Origin: Candidatus Thorarchaeota archaeon
GTDB lineage: Archaea > Asgardarchaeota > Heimdallarchaeia > Hodarchaeales > Hodarchaeaceae
Length of the DNA stretch: 32,000 nucleotides
NCBI GenBank assembly: GCA_048882505.1
Contig: JBHLRO010000002.1
Span: forward strand, 90,001-122,000
Direction of reading: 5' to 3'
A program made the translations under genes and the position numbers. Below the pieces are notes generated by a model, which was not told the origin of the DNA, ran no database searches, and saw only the letters and a program-made list of their open reading frames with translations. This document shows positions 28,037 through 32,000 of this stretch, one piece after another (position 1 is the stretch's first letter; each line of letters starts with the position of its first letter).

Positions 28037-28230
28037 AATGAAAGTATCATTGAGAATTAGGTAGTTGAGAAGATCTCTAAAGAATTCAGGTGAAGAATAT
28101 GAAGCCAAATTAGGAGGATAACAACTCCAATCTTCAAAAGTCGGATGGGTTATTCTACTAATCAGCGATATTGGGGAGGGATCATCTTTCTCTAATCTCT
28201 CACTAGTCTCGCATTTGTTGATCATTTGGA

Positions 28231-29709
28231 TTAGCTTAAAGAAAATAAGTTTATACTAGTGCTAATTCCGCTTTTAACAAATAATAACGGTAGAGATTCA
28301 TTTTTGGCAACATCAAGCAAAGTATTTAGACCCAAAATCACGATATAGTTGCTAGTACCATTTGTATTTGGTAATGCTGAATTGTTACCATGATAAATCC
28401 AAGTATACTTGTACTCAGCAACGCCCATCAGATATGGAAGTTGTGTTTGGAGAGTAAAAGTGGTAAAAATCGTAGAATTGGAGGGAACGTTGATTTGAAT
28501 AAATTCTGCAGTTGATTCTATTAATTCAGTCATATTTGGATCTGTGTACTCATATCTTTCTCCAACTACTCCAAATATTATCATATTACCAAATATAGTA
28601 CCTATCATCAGAAATAATAGCACTCGTCGATTATTAATAAGAAATAAAAATCCACCAAGAATTATTGAATAATTATAGAAGTACCTTGCTTGAACTGTCC
28701 AAATTACAATGAGAGAAGTATTAATTATTGACCAAGCTAACAAAACCATATGGATTGCTTTTATGGATCCTAAAACCGACTTCGAATCATCCCTTAATTG
28801 CGTGATAAAATAATACGATATACACAAAAAAACAAAGCCAATGAATGCTAAAGCATACCCAGCACTCAAAATAATCTTAATAATATTATTTCCTCCAAAT
28901 GGGTTAACGATAAGGCCTGTACCTGTAATTTGAGAGCTGGATACACTTTGGGCTACCATTGCAACTTGGGGTTCAGTGAATCCCACTATCATTAAGCGGG
29001 GCACATATAGAAGAAGGCCACCCATCACGTAAGACATAATATTTCTCAGTTGTGTCGTAACCAGTAACTTAGAGCTGTGATCTGGCTCAATTCGGACCTG
29101 ATGTGATATACCATACCCTAGAATAAATACTCCGATAGCTAAGGCGCATGAGATTACATCTTCTTTGCATAGATAACCAGCACCAATTGAAATCCCAGTT
29201 AACCATAACCAATACCATTTTTCGGGCGATAATGTCCATTTGTTTAACGTAATTAATGAAATAACAATAAATAATGCAGAAAAGGGCTCGAATAAATTCC
29301 AAGAACCAAGCATCAATGTTATTGGAGCAAATAAGTACATGGTTAACGCCCCCAATCCATAATCGCGACCGTGGAGACTTCTAATAAGAAGAAACCAAGC
29401 TAGTCCCCCAACGATTACAATGGGAATGGTACTTAATCTTAATATGCTAATATCTGTACCGAAGAATAATATAATGATGGCATAATACAGTATTGGAATG
29501 ATTCTACCTGCAAACCACTTGTTTTGATTACTATTGGTGATTAAATACTCCCCTTTATAAACCAGGGTCTTGGCTTGATATAAATATCCACCTTCATCAC
29601 TGATAAAACTCTTATGAAAGAAAAGAATCACATAAGAGATATATACAACGATTACGGCTGATAGGACCAAATACTCAAATCTGAGACGGGAATTCTTTAA
29701 TTGATGCAA
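28231..29709 (-). CDS. GT-C fold membrane glycosyltransferase (PMT_2/ArnT-like)
   Basis: Multiple hydrophobic segments, SDEGGY in the first external loop and LCKED. The region is visibly more AT-rich than the flanking genes. Confidence 0.72.
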   Translation of the reverse strand: MHQLKNSRLRFEYLVLSAVIVVYISYVILFFHKSFISDEGGYLYQAKTLVYKGEYLITNSNQNKWFAGRIIPILYYAIIILFFGTDISILRLSTIPIVIVGGLAWFLLIRSLHGRDYGLGALTMYLFAPITLMLGSWNLFEPFSALFIVISLITLNKWTLSPEKWYWLWLTGISIGAGYLCKEDVISCALAIGVFILGYGISHQVRIEPDHSSKLLVTTQLRNIMSYVMGGLLLYVPRLMIVGFTEPQVAMVAQSVSSSQITGTGLIVNPFGGNNIIKIILSAGYALAFIGFVFLCISYYFITQLRDDSKSVLGSIKAIHMVLLAWSIINTSLIVIWTVQARYFYNYSIILGGFLFLINNRRVLLFLMIGTIFGNMIIFGVVGERYEYTDPNMTELIESTAEFIQINVPSNSTIFTTFTLQTQLPYLMGVAEYKYTWIYHGNNSALPNTNGTSNYIVILGLNTLLDVAKNESLPLLFVKSGISTSINLFSLS

Positions 29710-29863
29710 TTATTATTTCCTCTTAAAGCGGAAGACATACATGGAAGATAGTTGCTATTGATATAATGATAGTTTAAATAATTCTTTTGATCCACCAGAT
29801 TCTATACAAATACACTTCTTTGATATATCTGCTCCACCCATTGAATGAAGGGACTCACTCCCA

Positions 29864-29932
29864 GACCTTCCAGAGGACGAGGAATCTCGGGCTGAGCTTG
29901 TTAATGGCGATGTTAGTGATTATCTTACGTGA
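29864..29932 (+). pseudogene. Orphaned second copy of the hel308 3' end (DLPEDEESRAELVNGDVSDYLT*)
   Basis: Codon-aligned with DIPKDEESRTEFVNGDISDYLS*, including the stop position; lies 60 nt before rpiA. Confidence 0.9.
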
Positions 29933-29943
29933 AGACACTATTT

Positions 29944-29969
29944 GTGATGGGAACCCTTATAACCATCAC
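29944..29969. promoter_or_regulatory. rpiA promoter: TATA box enclosed by a 7-bp inverted repeat
   Basis: GTGATGG-gaaccCTTATAA-CCATCAC, with the TATA-like core about 30 nt upstream of ATG 29993. Confidence 0.5.
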
Positions 29970-29992
29970 TCTCGGCAAAAGGTCACACACTA

Positions 29993-30700
29993 ATGTCAAA
30001 TGAACTCATTGAACAGGGTAAAAGGGCAGCAGCCATCCAGGCGGTCGAAAACCATATTGAGCCCGGGATGGTGATCGGCATAGGCAGTGGTTCGACCGTT
30101 GTTCATGTTGTTAAACAGCTGGCTGCTTTGAACCAAACGAAGGATTTGGCTCTAAAATGTGTTCCAACCTCATATCAAACTGAAGATCTTATTATTGAAC
30201 ATGGTTTACGATTGGCATCCTTGGATGAGTTTCCAACTATTGATATCGCTATCGATGGTGCAGATGAGATTGATCAACATTTGAATGCGATCAAAGGGGG
30301 TGGTGGATGTTTGGTTCGAGAAAAAATTGTCGCAGCAAGCGCAAACAAGTTCATTTTGGTAGTTGATTATCGTAAACACTCGCAGGCTCTTGGGGAGAAG
30401 TGGAAAAAAGGGGTTCCTATCGAAATCATTCCATTTGCACGGAGCCCCCTAATCGAAAGGTTGCGTGGGCTAGGAGGAAAACCAACACTTCGACAGGCAC
30501 AAGTTAAAATGGGCCCACTTGTTACTGACAATGGAAATTTTATCATTGACGTGGATTTTGGGATCATTAACAATCCCAGCGAACTGCATCAATCCTTACT
30601 TGCTCTTCCAGGCGTAGTGGATGTCGGTCTCTTTATTGGGATGGCCTCGGCCGCCTACATTGGCCAACAGGATGGAACGATTCTGGTACTCTGTAAATAA
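29993..30700 (+). CDS. rpiA: Ribose-5-phosphate isomerase A
   Basis: GIGSGST, DGADE, KGGGG, REK and VTDNGNFIID. Confidence 0.96.
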   Translation: MSNELIEQGKRAAAIQAVENHIEPGMVIGIGSGSTVVHVVKQLAALNQTKDLALKCVPTSYQTEDLIIEHGLRLASLDEFPTIDIAIDGADEIDQHLNAIKGGGGCLVREKIVAASANKFILVVDYRKHSQALGEKWKKGVPIEIIPFARSPLIERLRGLGGKPTLRQAQVKMGPLVTDNGNFIIDVDFGIINNPSELHQSLLALPGVVDVGLFIGMASAAYIGQQDGTILVLCK

Positions 30701-30716
30701 CGTAACCTCTGATAAT

Positions 30717-31193
30717 TCACGGCCCCATCATTGTAAACCTAGACCCAAATACATAGAATAGGATGTAAACCATTATAAGAATGCCAGATATTGCCATTAT
30801 GATGTACATGGGATTTTTCATGAAGAATTGAGGTCCTGACATGCCCATACCCATCCTTCTCCTCCTCCTTTCTACTCTCCTATAAGAGGGCCGATATGAA
30901 TTAGGTTCGAAGGTGGAGATAGGTTCGGATTCAATAGTCCGCGTAGTGGAGGCTGTCCTAGTAATTGCGGGTGTCTCAGTATTGACTTCTCCTCTTAATA
31001 CTCTCTTGAAAGAAATCGGAATTTCGGGAAACCATTCGAATGGTGTATCGCAATAGGGACATTTATTTACCCCAGCTTGGAAAGATTGCCTGATTGAGTC
31101 CAAACAATATTTTCTTCCACATTCGGGGCAAGACGCACCCTCTATCTGTTCATGATGGCTTGTTTCACACAATCCACAATAATATTTAGCCAC
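30717..31193 (-). CDS. RING-like zinc-finger protein with C-terminal transmembrane anchor
   Basis: C-x2-C-x12-C-x2-C-x4-C-x2-S-x11-C-x2-C, then a S/T/R-rich linker, RRRRR and a hydrophobic helix (YIIMAISGILIMVYILFYVF). Confidence 0.65.
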   Translation of the reverse strand: MAKYYCGLCETSHHEQIEGASCPECGRKYCLDSIRQSFQAGVNKCPYCDTPFEWFPEIPISFKRVLRGEVNTETPAITRTASTTRTIESEPISTFEPNSYRPSYRRVERRRRRMGMGMSGPQFFMKNPMYIIMAISGILIMVYILFYVFGSRFTMMGP

Positions 31194-31542
31194 CTTTACT
31201 TCCCTCGGATCTAAAAAGTACTCTATATGCCTCCAATGTAATATGCTCCTTAGTACTGGCAGCTAACGCTTTAATGTAGAGTTGGTGGCACCTCGATTAT
31301 AAATACATTATGGTGACAAACAATACTCAATATCAATGAGGTACATTCCTTCTTTAAAAATACGTTATTAAATCGCAACGAATGCAAGTTCAAAGAATAA
31401 TCGGCTAGTTTCTCTTTCTGAGGATATTCGTGTTTACCTGCTTGAGGAAATATCAAATTTTCTAAAAAACGGTATTCTGAATGCAAGTCTGTATTCTCGA
31501 ATTATTTCGAGGACTGTTATGAATGGGAAAAATTGTACCTAA

Positions 31543-31746
31543 TTGTTGCAGTCTCATCAGCCCACACAACGAAATTGGGCTCTATTTACGATAATAGCGG
31601 AACTACTTCGTTTTTTGCCGTATTTGCCATTGATTTTTGGTTTGCATCAAAAACCTGAAGCTCTTATTGGTTTAGCGTTTCCTTTTGCCTTGATTTTTTG
31701 GTTGGGTTGGGCTGCTTTGGTCTCCTTTAAAATAAGAACCAGTTAA
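31543..31746 (+). CDS. Small hydrophobic ORF (two possible TM helices), possibly a fragment
   Basis: 67 aa with two hydrophobic stretches, TTG start, no recognised motif. Confidence 0.3.
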   Translation: MLQSHQPTQRNWALFTIIAELLRFLPYLPLIFGLHQKPEALIGLAFPFALIFWLGWAALVSFKIRTS

Positions 31747-31807
31747 GTCTTAAGGATGCCCCGAAAAGCGGCGAGTTCGGCGCTTGAACAAAAACCTTAG
31801 CAGATAG

Positions 31808-31999
31808 CTATTGGCTTGTCTTCATATAGTACTGATATACGTCATTCCAGTCCGAAATGTCGTCTACATCCATATCTTCTCTAATATACAAAAATCGAGC
31901 ATTTCGTAAAGAAAATTTATCCTCTCGTCTCACAATGCCTAAACTATCAATGGTGATAACGATTTGAGGGTCTACGGCAAACCCCCAGCTTTCTTTTAG
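31808..31999 (-). CDS. 3' end of an unidentified gene running off the window
   Basis: Open frame from the window edge: LKESWGFAVDPQIVITIDSLGIVRREDKFSLRNARFLYIREDMDVDDISDWNDVYQYYMKTSQ*. Confidence 0.6.
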   Translation of the reverse strand, partial: LKESWGFAVDPQIVITIDSLGIVRREDKFSLRNARFLYIREDMDVDDISDWNDVYQYYMKTSQ

Positions 32000-32000
32000 C

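Noticed and set aside
28028-28225. 65-aa minus-strand ORF overlapping the hel308 stop
   Set aside because: No motif and it overlaps a conserved gene end; probably spurious or decayed.
943-30573. Many ORFs in the track that are antisense to or nested in assigned genes (e.g. 3740-4039, 10309-10620, 13561-14103, 17880-18506, 20170-20514)
   Set aside because: They are shadow frames of well-supported genes and have no independent motifs.
1-32000. CRISPR array, tRNA/rRNA genes, intact transposase or integrase, in-frame Sec codons
   Set aside because: No regularly spaced repeats, cloverleaf or rRNA-like tracts, recombinase motifs, or convincing TGA read-through were seen by eye.

Overview
Archaeal chromosomal segment, most likely Asgard (Heimdallarchaeia/Hodarchaeales-like). 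This is an inference from eS26, the cdc6/gins23/mcm genes, a RING-like membrane protein and an Ig-like surface-protein tail. Housekeeping genes: rps26e, an FKBP-type PPIase, cdc6/orc1, gins23, mcm, korA/korB, a crotonase, tusA, hel308 and rpiA. Accessory blocks: a GT4 + methyltransferase + GH130 glycan cluster, an orphan DNA methyltransferase, an aldehyde dehydrogenase, a Cys-rich CMD-Nif3-ArsR operon and a GT-C membrane glycosyltransferase. The most unusual structure lies in the DNA between the ORFs. Two DNA-metabolism loci are split by about 2 kb inserts flanked by diverged copies of the host gene ends. (1) The gins23-mcm operon is interrupted at a 15-bp exact direct repeat (TTTGACATCAAGGGA, 10286-10300 and 12545-12559). 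The insert carries a divergent PCNA-like gene, a frameshifted PAPS-reductase-like remnant, a truncated Ig-domain gene and a truncated second gins. (2) The 3' end of hel308 is duplicated (69 bp, 58/69 identical) around the GT-C gene. A diverged block of about 140 bp also precedes both cdc6 and gins. No integrase or transposase is visible, so these are best read as relics of integration or duplication. No tRNA, rRNA or CRISPR array was recognised. All family calls come from motif recognition by eye; no database searches were run.
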